From: Lewinellaceae bacterium
GTDB taxonomy: Bacteria; Bacteroidota; Bacteroidia; Chitinophagales; Saprospiraceae
Direction: 5' to 3'
NCBI GenBank assembly: GCA_963757435.1
Contig: CAVWSC010000024.1
Location: forward strand, 22,238 to 86,237
Length of the DNA: 64,000 nt
Positions 20,045-29,722 of this stretch are shown here, piece after piece (within the stretch, counting starts at the first letter, position 1; every line of letters starts with the position of its first letter). A program made the translations under genes and the position numbers. The notes beneath the pieces are model-generated. The model saw only the letters and a program-made list of their open reading frames with translations. It searched no databases and was not told the origin of the DNA.

Positions 20045-21701
20045 CCCCTCTCCAAAGGAGGTGTAGTTTACCCACAAGTCAAAATTCATCTAAAACGTCA
20101 AGGATCATGACTAAGTCCTGATCGCCGAGCCACAGCGTCTGCCAGCCCGGTCTACCCTTTTGTGCGTAGCCTTGGTGCCCGCCCATGCGCGCCATAATTT
20201 GCAACAGCCGTTTGACGGTTCGCGGTTTTGAAAAATCTCGATCTCGTGGCGTAAGGTACTTAGCGTCCAGCTTATCCATCACTCTTTCAATACGTTTCTC
20301 CCGCCCCCAAGCCGTCTGAGTAATAGGTGTATCAGGTTGCTGTTCGGCCAGATAGCGCAAGCCCAAAATGCGCACCGCCGTCACGCTAAGCAAGGCACAA
20401 GTATTGGCCAGTCCTTCCCGGCTCTCGAACTGTCGATGTTCAATGCGCGCACCCGTTTTGAGAACCTTGTGAAAATCTTCGGTGACGGGCCATCTTTGGG
20501 TATATATAGTACAACAACTGAAGATTTTTGAAAACGCCCGGATTCATGCCTTGTGTGTAACTCATTGATAATCAAGTTTAAACTACACAAAATCGACTAA
20601 GATGAAAATCACAAGTCCTAGGTTGTTTTACTATAGATCAAGCTGTTGGACGGCTTGGTCCAGTTGCTCACTCGGCAGTGAGGTAAGTAAAAACCACTCG
20701 GCGGGCGGGCCTTGAACTTTGTCGTCATCCCGGCTTTCCAGCAGCTCGCGCAGGTACACTACGTTAACCCGTTGTCCTGCCGTTGTCAGTTGAACCGAGC
20801 CATGTCGCACGATGCAGTCTGCCTGGTAGTACCGTTTAGCGGACCGGCAATGTAGCCGACGCTTTACCACCCCTTGTTTAAGGGACTAGGAATGACGCAT
20901 GGCTTCGTGCAGTTTAGCGTAGTCCCGCGTCTGACTTACGTTGCGGTCCGCCTTGGAACGGATGATGAAGTCAAGACCACGTTGCTGATGGGCGGTGATG
21001 ACATCGATCGAATCGGCCTCGCGGTCGGCAATAATGACGGGGCGAACGGGCCGGTCCAGTTGGCCGGCCCATCGTTGTACGTCGTCCAGCCCACGCACCC
21101 ATTTATAGCTCTCCCGTTCGGCGAAAGGGCGGCGGTAGTGAGGTGCGGCCCGGGGATCAATTTGGGTTGAACGCACAAAGAAGTTCTGGTGTAAAATGCC
21201 TACGGGGGTGCCCTTTTCGTTGCAGCAGATGAGTGTGTGCAGCAGGGCTGAGTTTTCTCGCTTACTTTTATCCTGGGTTCGTCCTAACTGAACGTGAAAG
21301 CGGTCCGTATAGTCGATAAAGGAAGTGTCTTGATAGCAGGGCAGTAAGACGGGGTGCTCTCCAACGGATGGCACATCCCGTAATCGCTGATTGAAGTAAC
21401 GAGTAAGAGCACAACGGCTACCGGCGATAATGGAATCAACTTGAATACGCGAGTTATTGACGAAACGATAGAAAGCCTTGAGTTGAGCGGGCTGCGCAAA
21501 GATGCGTGGAAATCCTTTCTGCAAATCAGTGGTGCTGAGTTGATCCAGTATCTTGCAAGCTCGGGCATTCAATCGTTGGTCGCCCAAGTCGAAGCAATCA
21601 GTGCTGTAAAAATGGCAAAGTCGGCCAATCATGGTGAAGTGGTTTACCTACTACAACACAAAAAAGCACTTGTGGGTAAACTACACCTCCAAAGGAGAGG
21701 G
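20045..21701 (-). mobile_element. degraded IS4-family element (1657 bp) with 35-bp terminal inverted repeats
   Basis: CCCCTCTCCAAAGGAGGTGTAGTTTACCCACAAGT at 20045-20079 and its reverse complement (AAA/TTT centre difference) at 21667-21701, bracketing the fragmented transposase. Confidence 0.6.
20079..21632 (-). pseudogene. IS4-family transposase, fragmented into at least 4 ORFs by frameshifts/stops
   Basis: ORFs 20886-21632, 20631-20870, 20381-20590 and 20079-20393 together resemble N-terminal, DDE-core and C-terminal parts of IS4 transposases. Confidence 0.55.
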
Positions 21702-21793
21702 GTGACGGGGAGTTGGCATACAGTTAAAACTGTAGTGGGTAAACATAAATAGAATGGACAGCCTAGGTCAATTAGCTATCATGAAAACGAGTA

Positions 21794-22300
21794 TTAGTTT
21801 ATTTGGTCCAAAACATCATCAAATAGGGGTTGTGAACTTCTCGGAAGGGGGAAATAGAGAAAATATACGATGAAAAGTGCCGAGTGAGCTATCATGCCAA
21901 GATATTTGGCATTGCCCGAAAAGCCGGAGAAGCTTATAAAACTTAATAACCAAATCAAGATGACTGTAATCACGATCGAACATATAGTGACATTTCTACG
22001 GAATTCTTGCAAGGTTTTAGCGGCGGCAGCTAGTTCAATGTTTATATAACGAAAGATAAGAAAGGAAGGAAACGAAAGAATAGCTGATATGAAAATCACT
22101 ATAAACAATACAACAAAACCGATTAAAATATCAGCTAGGTCTAGAGTAGGAATTTTTCTAAATAAAGTCGAATCAATGACTAAGTAACTCAGCATGTGAA
22201 TTACAGGTCCTGCTATTACTGATGATATCCAACTCAGCAAAGAATGGTGATTGATCTCTCGTCGGGAAAAGAACGGTGATAGATTTTTAGACACATTCAC
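21794..22300 (-). CDS. 4-TM membrane protein, ILDQ-tail family paralog 1
   Basis: Aligns with 24910-25410 product (…SRREINHHSLLSWISSV… / …FLIFRYINIEL… / …PLFDDVLDQ C-terminus); low-GC. Confidence 0.5.
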   Translation of the reverse strand: MNVSKNLSPFFSRREINHHSLLSWISSVIAGPVIHMLSYLVIDSTLFRKIPTLDLADILIGFVVLFIVIFISAILSFPSFLIFRYINIELAAAAKTLQEFRRNVTICSIVITVILIWLLSFISFSGFSGNAKYLGMIAHSALFIVYFLYFPLPRSSQPLFDDVLDQIN

Positions 22301-22950
22301 GGTTGTTGATCCAAAATCTCATCGGGGGAGGAAGAGTACCTGCGGGATGGGAAGATGAAGAGGAAATAGCCGACGAAGGGGAGGGCGTAAGAGGTGGCAC
22401 AGAGAAGTGAAAAAGATACCTGGATTATTTCAGAAGTCATAAAAATAAGCACCACAAAAATCAAGGCGGTAAGCAATAGGGACCAGAAAATCATCCAAAA
22501 CCGCATATTTGGAATGCTCTCGCTTTTAATGGAAAGTTCGAGGTTAACAAAGCGAAAGATCATAAGAGCGTGTCTAAAATTTTTAAGAACTGAGGATCAA
22601 TGATTTAAGGTTCTGGCTAGATAAAAACTTGCGCGCATAGCGGGTTACGTAAGTCAGTTTTTATGACGCCAGGTTCTTAAATGCTTGGTTCTCAGGAAGT
22701 AAAAATTTAGACACGCTCTAAAGCAAGGTGAAGAAAAGATGATGGATATAAAGGCGATATACATCCACCCACCCAGCATATCAAAAATATTTCCTTCCCC
22801 CACTAGGACAAAGGTATTTTTTGAAACGGCAAAATCATAAAGGGTATAGCCCACGAACGCTAGAATAGGTCCCAGGATAACGGCCGCCATCCAACTTAAG
22901 AATGTATGTCGAATTACCTCGGAGCGGGGAAAGAGCGGGGTTGGGGTCAT
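22297..22950 (-). pseudogene. 4-TM membrane protein, ILDQ-tail family paralog 2, interrupted by a MITE
   Basis: N-terminal half in ORF 22654-22950 (MTPTPLFPRSEVIRH…SSPCF) and C-terminal half in ORF 22297-22563 (IFRFVNLELS…DEILDQ). They are contiguous in the intact paralog 24910-25410. The 153-bp MITE plus 3-bp duplication lies exactly between them. Confidence 0.65.
22566..22718. mobile_element. MITE (153 bp) derived from the IS5-family element at 18588-19754, with TAA target duplications
   Basis: Ends GAGCGTGTCTAAAATTTTTA…TAAAAATTTAGACACGCTC match both IS ends; internal sequence matches the IS subterminal regions with the transposase deleted; TAA at 22563-22565 and 22719-22721. Confidence 0.8.
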
Positions 22951-23099
22951 GATGAATTAATTGAACACACAAAGTCAGCGTTCCAAAGCACGCCCAATAT
23001 AAACCCCCTAACCTAAATCTTTCTTAAAATCCGCACCAACCCAGCCCGAAAAACGTTGAATAGCCTACGTTTGCGCCCCGAAACCAACCCGATCCATCC

Positions 23100-23525
23100 A
23101 TGCCCGTACTCCTGTTGTCCGCCATCCTGTGGCTGTTTCCTCCTTCCCCCACGCTGACGCTGCGCGTCAGCCCGCCCGCTGCCGGAGGTAGCGTGCGGGT
23201 GGCCGTCTACGGCAGCCCCGCCGACTGGGAGGCCCAGCGCAGCCTGCGGGATGACCTGATACGAGAAGTCAACCAAGCCGGTCGACCACTCGATTTTCAC
23301 CTGCGCCAACTACCCGCCGGCTCCTACGCCCTGGCTCTTTACCAGGACAGCAACGACAATGGCCGCCTGGATACCAATACCTTCGGGATCCCCACCGAAC
23401 CCTACGCCTTTAGCCGCGAGCCGGACAGCAAGTGGCGCACCCCCCGCTGGGAAGAGATCAGCCGTCCCCGCCCCACCGAGGATACCACCCTTAGCCTGGA
23501 ACTGCGTACCTGGCGGCAGCGTTAA
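23100..23525 (+). CDS. DUF2141-like secreted protein
   Basis: …YQDSNDNGRLDTNTFGIPTEPYAFS… resembles the DUF2141 HD-N-NG-LDTN-FGIP-E motif. Confidence 0.55.
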   Translation: MPVLLLSAILWLFPPSPTLTLRVSPPAAGGSVRVAVYGSPADWEAQRSLRDDLIREVNQAGRPLDFHLRQLPAGSYALALYQDSNDNGRLDTNTFGIPTEPYAFSREPDSKWRTPRWEEISRPRPTEDTTLSLELRTWRQR

Positions 23526-23557
23526 ACCCCGCCCCGCTTTGCGCTGTTTCCGAACCC

Positions 23558-24289
23558 ATGCAAGCAGCCCCCACTCTTTCGATCGATATTACTATTCCCG
23601 TACTCAATGAAGAGGCCGGACTGGAGGAAAATGTGCTCGAACTGCGCCGGTTCCTGCTGGACCGCTACCGTGGGCTGCTCGATTTTCGTATCATTATCGC
23701 CGATAACGGTTCCACGGATACTACGCTCCTGCTGGCGAAGAACCTGGCCGACCAGTACGGCGAGCTAGCCTGGATCGGCCTAACCGAACGCGGCGTGGGC
23801 CGTGCCCTCAAAGCCAGTTGGAGCCAATCCGTAGCCGACCTTGTCGGTTACATGGATCTCGATCTGGCCACCGATCTCCGGCATTTTACGGAGGCCTACG
23901 ATGCACTGGCACACGACGATTATCACCTCGTCTACGGCACCCGCCTTCATCCCGAGTCCACCGTACGGGGCCGTAGCCTGAAGCGTGAGATCACCAGCCG
24001 CGTTTTTAACCTGATACTCGGTACCTACCTCGGCACAAAATTTTCCGACGGTATGTGCGGCTTTAAATTCCTTCGCCGCGATCGGCTGGAAGAATTGTTA
24101 GGCCAAGGTGCGGTCAGTGACGGCTGGTTCTTCAGTACCGAACTGCTGGCCGTGGCCGAGTGGCGCGGCCTCCACCTCAAGGAACTACCCGTCACCTGGA
24201 CGGACGATGTAACTTCCAGTCGGGTACGAATTTTACCCCTGGCAAAGGAGTATATCCGGGCGATGAAGGTACTAAAACAGCGAAGGTGA
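23558..24289 (+). CDS. family 2 glycosyltransferase (polyprenol-phosphate sugar synthase / DPM1-like)
   Basis: IPVLNEE…IIIADNGSTDTT…GT-A fold DxD region; no TM helices. Confidence 0.8.
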   Translation: MQAAPTLSIDITIPVLNEEAGLEENVLELRRFLLDRYRGLLDFRIIIADNGSTDTTLLLAKNLADQYGELAWIGLTERGVGRALKASWSQSVADLVGYMDLDLATDLRHFTEAYDALAHDDYHLVYGTRLHPESTVRGRSLKREITSRVFNLILGTYLGTKFSDGMCGFKFLRRDRLEELLGQGAVSDGWFFSTELLAVAEWRGLHLKELPVTWTDDVTSSRVRILPLAKEYIRAMKVLKQRR

Positions 24290-24298
24290 GAAAATCAG

Positions 24299-24322
24299 GT
24301 AGTAAAAATTTAGACACGCTCT
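24299..24322. repeat. solo terminal-repeat remnant of the IS5/MITE family
   Basis: GTAGTAAAAATTTAGACACGCTC followed by TAA, identical to the MITE right terminus, with no partner end nearby. Confidence 0.5.
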
Positions 24323-24397
24323 AAGTAGTTTGGTAATAATCTCCCCCTTTAGGGAGCAGCATTACGGTAAGTCGCTCGGTTTTAACTACTTTCCATC

Positions 24398-24898
24398 ATG
24401 AAAAGAAGGTTTGGAATTCCTACTACTCATCAAATGTGGATGCACTGCTTTAGAATTTACCTTATCACCGTACTTTACTTGCCCCTCATGGATGTATGGA
24501 TAATACCTGTAGGTGAAAAGATTATAGAAGATTGGGATGTGCTTTATGCGGTCACCTACCGGGGACTGTCGCCATTTACATATATGCTTAAAAGGATATT
24601 TTATACTGGATTATTCGGTTTATTTTTTCTACTTATATTTGGAGCGGTCGCCTATAGACTTATTCTTGTTATTGACCATATATCTCAGCTCCGTTGGTGC
24701 TTGATTTTGGCTGGGGTCGTTACGATAATTATTAATGTATGTATGGCATTCATACTAGTTAACCGCTCTAACTTTGAGCCGGTCAACGTTCTGGTGGGTT
24801 CGTGTATACTTAGTACCCCCCTCGTCCTTTACTTTCTCCTCTTCTTCCCCGCCCGCCGCTCTCCCCGGCTAGAAGAGATACTGGATCAACTACCCTAA
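24398..24898 (+). CDS. 4-TM membrane protein, ILDQ-tail family (divergent member)
   Basis: Hydrophobic segments; C-terminus …FFPARRSPRLEEILDQLP parallels the other paralogs. Confidence 0.5.
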   Translation: MKRRFGIPTTHQMWMHCFRIYLITVLYLPLMDVWIIPVGEKIIEDWDVLYAVTYRGLSPFTYMLKRIFYTGLFGLFFLLIFGAVAYRLILVIDHISQLRWCLILAGVVTIIINVCMAFILVNRSNFEPVNVLVGSCILSTPLVLYFLLFFPARRSPRLEEILDQLP

Positions 24899-24909
24899 CT
24901 ACCTCGACC

Positions 24910-25410
24910 ATGCGTCCCCTCACCACTCCACTATTCCCTCGCAGCGAGGTCATTCGCCACGCCTTATTGAGCTGGATGGCATCGGTGGTACTGGGTCCGG
25001 TATTTACTCTGACGGGAACCGTATTCTACGAGATGAGGAGGGGTACCTTTAAAGGAATTGATCCGATTGATCTGGTCAAATATTTTTATCTTTGGGTAAT
25101 CGTGGCCCTGGTATCCATCGTTTTATCATCGCCCTGTTTTTTTATCTTTCGGTACGTAAATATTCAGCTCTCCACGGAAAGCAAAACAGTTGAAAAGTTC
25201 CGCTCCTGGGTCATCGCCTGGGCGGTATTTCTGACCGGGTTGATTTTTTTAGTGTTTGCGCTGGTTTCCGAGGGGTTCAAGAATCCTGGCATCTATCTCG
25301 GTACCATCGGCTACGCCCTTCCATTTGTGGGCTACTATTTTTTCTTTTTCCCGCCCCGGCAGCAACAGCCGATCTACGACGGAATACTGGACCAACCCGG
25401 CGACGACTGA
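24910..25410 (+). CDS. 4-TM membrane protein, ILDQ-tail family, intact reference paralog
   Basis: MRPLTTPLFPRSEVIRHALLSWMASV…FFIFRYVNIQL…PIYDGILDQ. Confidence 0.55.
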   Translation: MRPLTTPLFPRSEVIRHALLSWMASVVLGPVFTLTGTVFYEMRRGTFKGIDPIDLVKYFYLWVIVALVSIVLSSPCFFIFRYVNIQLSTESKTVEKFRSWVIAWAVFLTGLIFLVFALVSEGFKNPGIYLGTIGYALPFVGYYFFFFPPRQQQPIYDGILDQPGDD

Positions 25411-25474
25411 TACCGGTTTTGAACCGAACATTCCCCCCGCCCCGCGCCTTCATAAAATCTCAACCACCACGCCC

Positions 25475-26935
25475 ATGCCTGCCTTCAAAAATGCCCTGTT
25501 GCGCACCCAGTCCTACGTTAATGGCGAGTGGCTGGATGCAGTAGATAAATCTACCTTCCCGGTCAAAAACCCGTTTAACGGTGAGGTGCTCGCCGAAGTG
25601 GCCGATCTGGGAGCGGCGGAAACGAAGCAAGCTATCCAAGCGGCCCATGCCGCCTTTCCCGCCTGGAGCGGGCTGACCGCCGCCAAGCGATCCCGTCTGT
25701 TGCGGCGCTGGTTCGAGTTGCAGATCGAACATACCGAAGAACTGGCCGAATTGCTCACCGCCGAACAAGGTAAACCCCTGCAAGAAGCCCGGGGTGAGAT
25801 CGCCTACGGTGCCTCCTTCGTGGAGTGGTTTGCCGAAGAGGCCCGCCGCGCCTACGGCGACGTAATTCCCGGCTTCAGCGGCAGTACCCGCATCCTTACG
25901 CTCAAGCAACCTATCGGCGTAGTGGCGGCGATCACTCCCTGGAATTTTCCCAGTGCTATGATCACCCGTAAAGTGGCCCCCGCGCTGGCAGCCGGCTGTA
26001 CGGTGGTCATCAAACCGGCCGAGGATACCCCGCTCTCCGCTCTGGCCCTGGCGGCCCTGGCCCACCAGGCCGGTTTCCCGCCCGGCGTACTCAATATCGT
26101 TACGACTAACAGCCCCGCTGAGGTGGGCGGCGAACTGACGAGCAACCCGCTGGTGCGAAAACTGTCCTTCACCGGCTCCACCGAAGTGGGTAAACTACTC
26201 ATGGAGCAGTGCGCCGGCACCGTGAAAAAACTTTCGCTGGAACTGGGCGGCAACGCCCCCTTTATCGTTTTTGACGATGCCGACCTGGACCGGGCCGTGG
26301 CCGGTGCCATCGCCGCCAAGTATCGCAACGCCGGTCAGACCTGCATCTGTGCCAACCGCATCTACGTGCAGGAGGGTTGCTACGCCGCGTTCACCGAAAA
26401 ACTGGCCGCCGCCACCCGCAACCTAGCGGTCGGTGACGGCCGGGAGGAAGGCGTGGTCATCGGTCCGCTCATCAACGATGAGGGCCGCGAGAAGGTAGAA
26501 CGCCTACTCGCCGATGCCCTGGACAAGGGGGCCGAACTTCTGACCGGAGAAGCTAAGAGCGGCCCCCGCAACCTCTTCCAGCCCGTGGTCCTCACCAATG
26601 TGGATGACGGCATGGCCCTGAGCGAGGAAGAGATTTTCGGCCCCGTGGCCCCGGTCTATAAATTCATTACGGAAGAAGAGGTGATCGCCCGCGCTAATAA
26701 TACCCGCTTCGGCCTCGCCTCCTACTTTTACGGCCGCGATCACGCCCGCATCTGGCGTGTCGCGGAGGCCCTGGAATTCGGGATGGTCGGTATCAATACC
26801 GGCAGTATTTCCCACGCCTCTGCTCCCTTTGGCGGGGTAAAGGAAAGCGGCTTCGGCCGTGAGGGTTCCAAGTACGGGATGGATGAGTACTTGACGGTCA
26901 AGTACCTCTGCTGGGGTGGGGTGGACAAGGGATGA
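25475..26935 (+). CDS. gabD: NAD(P)+-dependent succinate-semialdehyde dehydrogenase
   Basis: Aldehyde dehydrogenase motifs (…ELGGNAP…, catalytic Cys region …GQTCICANRIYVQ…); start moved to ATG 25475. Confidence 0.85.
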   Translation: MPAFKNALLRTQSYVNGEWLDAVDKSTFPVKNPFNGEVLAEVADLGAAETKQAIQAAHAAFPAWSGLTAAKRSRLLRRWFELQIEHTEELAELLTAEQGKPLQEARGEIAYGASFVEWFAEEARRAYGDVIPGFSGSTRILTLKQPIGVVAAITPWNFPSAMITRKVAPALAAGCTVVIKPAEDTPLSALALAALAHQAGFPPGVLNIVTTNSPAEVGGELTSNPLVRKLSFTGSTEVGKLLMEQCAGTVKKLSLELGGNAPFIVFDDADLDRAVAGAIAAKYRNAGQTCICANRIYVQEGCYAAFTEKLAAATRNLAVGDGREEGVVIGPLINDEGREKVERLLADALDKGAELLTGEAKSGPRNLFQPVVLTNVDDGMALSEEEIFGPVAPVYKFITEEEVIARANNTRFGLASYFYGRDHARIWRVAEALEFGMVGINTGSISHASAPFGGVKESGFGREGSKYGMDEYLTVKYLCWGGVDKG

Positions 26936-27191
26936 TGGCAAACGGACAAGCGCTGGGAGTGGGCCGACGGAGGGCAGGGGCTTGCCCCGCCCGGAGGAGG
27001 AGACCCGACAGGGGCCGAGCGAATAGCGAGCCGACGACCACAGCGACCGCCCGGCCTTAGCCGGGGGGATGGCCCCGAAGTAGTTAAAACCGGCACCCTA
27101 GAATAAGCGGTAGAAAAGCTCTTCCCAAAGGGTTGGATCGAAACACGGCTTCTCGGCGGAGTGCAACCGCTTTACCGATTATCAAGATAAG

Positions 27192-28361
27192 CTAGCGCGG
27201 TACCTCGATCGACTTCACGATATCCTCGATCACCTCGCGGCCGGTATAGCCCTCCATCTCGCGCTCGGGCGTGAGGATAATGCGGTGGTTCAGCACGGGG
27301 TAGGCCACGTACTGGATGTCGTCGGGCGTAACGAAATCACGGCCGGCGAGGGCGGCAACGGATTTACTCATCTTCAGGATACCCAGCGAGGCGCGCGGGC
27401 TGGCCCCCAGGTAGAGATCGGGATGCTCGCGGGTACGGTGCACCAGGGCGGCAATGTAATCGAGAAGCTCATCCTTGATGTGAACCTGCTCGATGAGGCC
27501 GCGAAATTCCCGGATGTCATCGGGACCGAAGACGGCCTCCACGTTTTTTTCTTGTCGATGGCTGAAATCGTCCCGGAAGCGGCGCAGGATGAGTTGCTCC
27601 TCGGACTGATCCGGGTACTCCAAATTGATCTTCACCAGGAAACGGTCCAACTGACCCTCGGGCAATTTGTAGGTTCCTTCCTGTTCGATCGGGTTCTGCG
27701 TGGCGATCACGAAGAAGGGGTAATCCATCGGATAAGTAGTACCATCGATGGTCACTTGGGCTTCTTCCATTACCTCGAACAGCGAGGCCTGGGTTTTGGC
27801 CGGGGCGCGGTTGATCTCGTCGATCAACACGATATTGGCAAAGATAGGACCACGATTAAAGGTAAATTTGGAATCCGACAGATTAAAGACCGTGGTTCCC
27901 GTCACGTCACTCGGCATCAGGTCGGGCGTAAACTGGATACGGGAATAGTCGGCTTTCAGCGTGCGGGCCAGTAGTTTGGCCGTCAAGGTTTTGGCAATGC
28001 CGGGCACGCCCTCTACCAGCACGTGTCCGCCGGCAAAGAGGCCGGCCAGCATCAGGTCCATGAACTCTCGCTGGCCGATCACCAGTTTACCCATTTCCAC
28101 GCGGGCCTTGCGGGCAGCCTCACGCAGCCGATCCAGTTTGACCCGGTTTTCGGGCGCGGCCGTGGGAGCGGGGCCGGTGGTTGTTTCGTCAAAAGTGCCA
28201 CTGGTCTGGTCGGCAAAAAAAGGCCGGTCGCCGTTACTTTCGTCCGCTAGAGCATTCAATTCCGGCTCCGGATTCGGATTGGTGGGCGATGCCTGCGGAG
28301 AGGATCCCTCCTCGGGGGTGGGCGAATTGGTGGGCGGGCGGTATTGGTCTTCGTCGTGCAT
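27192..28361 (-). CDS. MoxR-family AAA+ ATPase with low-complexity N-terminal extension
   Basis: …HVLVEGVPGIAKT… Walker A, MoxR-type sensor motifs; Pro/Glu-rich first ~80 aa. Confidence 0.85.
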   Translation of the reverse strand: MHDEDQYRPPTNSPTPEEGSSPQASPTNPNPEPELNALADESNGDRPFFADQTSGTFDETTTGPAPTAAPENRVKLDRLREAARKARVEMGKLVIGQREFMDLMLAGLFAGGHVLVEGVPGIAKTLTAKLLARTLKADYSRIQFTPDLMPSDVTGTTVFNLSDSKFTFNRGPIFANIVLIDEINRAPAKTQASLFEVMEEAQVTIDGTTYPMDYPFFVIATQNPIEQEGTYKLPEGQLDRFLVKINLEYPDQSEEQLILRRFRDDFSHRQEKNVEAVFGPDDIREFRGLIEQVHIKDELLDYIAALVHRTREHPDLYLGASPRASLGILKMSKSVAALAGRDFVTPDDIQYVAYPVLNHRIILTPEREMEGYTGREVIEDIVKSIEVPR

Positions 28362-28411
28362 AGCGTGGGAATAGGAAAGAAAAGCGGATGGATGGGTTAA
28401 AGGTTCAGCGA

Positions 28412-29722
28412 TTAACTTTGGTAAATGGGTTCCAGGCTCCGGTAGAAGCGTAGCAGCGATCCGTCGTCCAGGTACGTAACGCTCTTGACGAAGCGTATCT
28501 GCGTCAGCGCGTGTTCCCAGACCGGTACGGACAGGCCCGTTCGGTCGGCCAGTTGCTCGGCCGACAGTTGCGGTCCGTCGCGGTGGCGGATACCGTGCCG
28601 CTCGTAGAGGTACTGCCAGAACAGTCCGATCTCCTCCGACGCCAGTGCCCAGTGCTTGCCGTTGAGCTGCCCCAGCCGCGCCACCGTCTCCAGGAACTGG
28701 CGCGAATCATTGCGGCGGGGTGCCAGGTAGGGAATGATCCGTTGCCGCCGCTTACCACGGAATAACAAATAAAACAGGCACAGCCCCAGCAGCAAGAACC
28801 AGGCAGTAGCCAATCCCGGTTCACCCAGAATGTAACTTAGCGCGTGATTAGGACTCAAAAACTGCCGCTGGCCGAAATCGATGTCCTGTTGCGGGTTGTT
28901 GCCCGCCTGTGGCGGCGGTGGCCGGTAAGAACGACTAAACTCATCCCAGTAAATATCCTCGCCGGGCGGCAAGTAACTCAGTGCCGCCGCCGCGTAAGCC
29001 TGATTATTCAGGGTGTCGGCCAGAAAATAATTAGTGAACGCCAGGGGGTTGCTGTGCAGGTAAAAATCACCTTCTCCCCAGGGAATGCGGAGGTAATTCA
29101 CCAGCGAATCATTGATCGTGCCCAGCGGCGTGGGACCATATTCGGCATCGCACAAATAATTTGGGGCAAACGCCTGCCAGTTATAAAAGGCGGGCTGATA
29201 GTTACGGTGAAAGGCAAAAAGGTAGCTGCTATCCACCATCAGGTCGGCGGCGTTCAGGCGCATCCGCGCCCGCTTCTCGTAGATATAGGCATAATAATTC
29301 CGGTTGCCCTGGTAAATGCCGTAGTCTTCATAGCAATCCCCCAACCAAATTTGATCCAGCAAATTCGCCGGCACGTAACTGCTGAAAATAAAGGCCGAAT
29401 TTCCCCGCTCCACGAAATCGAGCAGGTGGTTCACGTCTTCCGGCTCGGCGTAGATATTGGTCCCCACGAAAACGTAGTGGGCGGGCGTGTCGCCGTCCGC
29501 CAGGTCCAGCGCCTGCAGGCTGTCCTTCAGCACCTCGAACGTACTCGCCCGCTCTTGCAGCAACCCATGCAGGACGGACAGATCGTACGGATCGTTCTTG
29601 CCGATCCGGTAGCTCTCGCGCCAGCTAATGGCATTGCAGGCGTACACCCCCACGGCAATGCCGGCGGCCACCACCAGGGCGATCAGGATAAAACCGATTT
29701 GCTTAGACATGCGCGGCTTCAT
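28412..29722 (-). CDS. N-terminally anchored membrane protein (DUF4350-like), MoxR-operon partner
   Basis: Single N-terminal TM, large periplasmic-type domain, C-terminal TM; family assignment from memory of typical MoxR-cluster content. Confidence 0.45.
   Translation of the reverse strand: MKPRMSKQIGFILIALVVAAGIAVGVYACNAISWRESYRIGKNDPYDLSVLHGLLQERASTFEVLKDSLQALDLADGDTPAHYVFVGTNIYAEPEDVNHLLDFVERGNSAFIFSSYVPANLLDQIWLGDCYEDYGIYQGNRNYYAYIYEKRARMRLNAADLMVDSSYLFAFHRNYQPAFYNWQAFAPNYLCDAEYGPTPLGTINDSLVNYLRIPWGEGDFYLHSNPLAFTNYFLADTLNNQAYAAAALSYLPPGEDIYWDEFSRSYRPPPPQAGNNPQQDIDFGQRQFLSPNHALSYILGEPGLATAWFLLLGLCLFYLLFRGKRRQRIIPYLAPRRNDSRQFLETVARLGQLNGKHWALASEEIGLFWQYLYERHGIRHRDGPQLSAEQLADRTGLSVPVWEHALTQIRFVKSVTYLDDGSLLRFYRSLEPIYQS

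Noticed and set aside
25256-25474. N-terminal 73 codons of the ORF-track gabD call
   Set aside because: The stretch has no similarity to aldehyde dehydrogenases and overlaps the upstream membrane-protein gene. The conserved N-terminus begins at ATG 25475.
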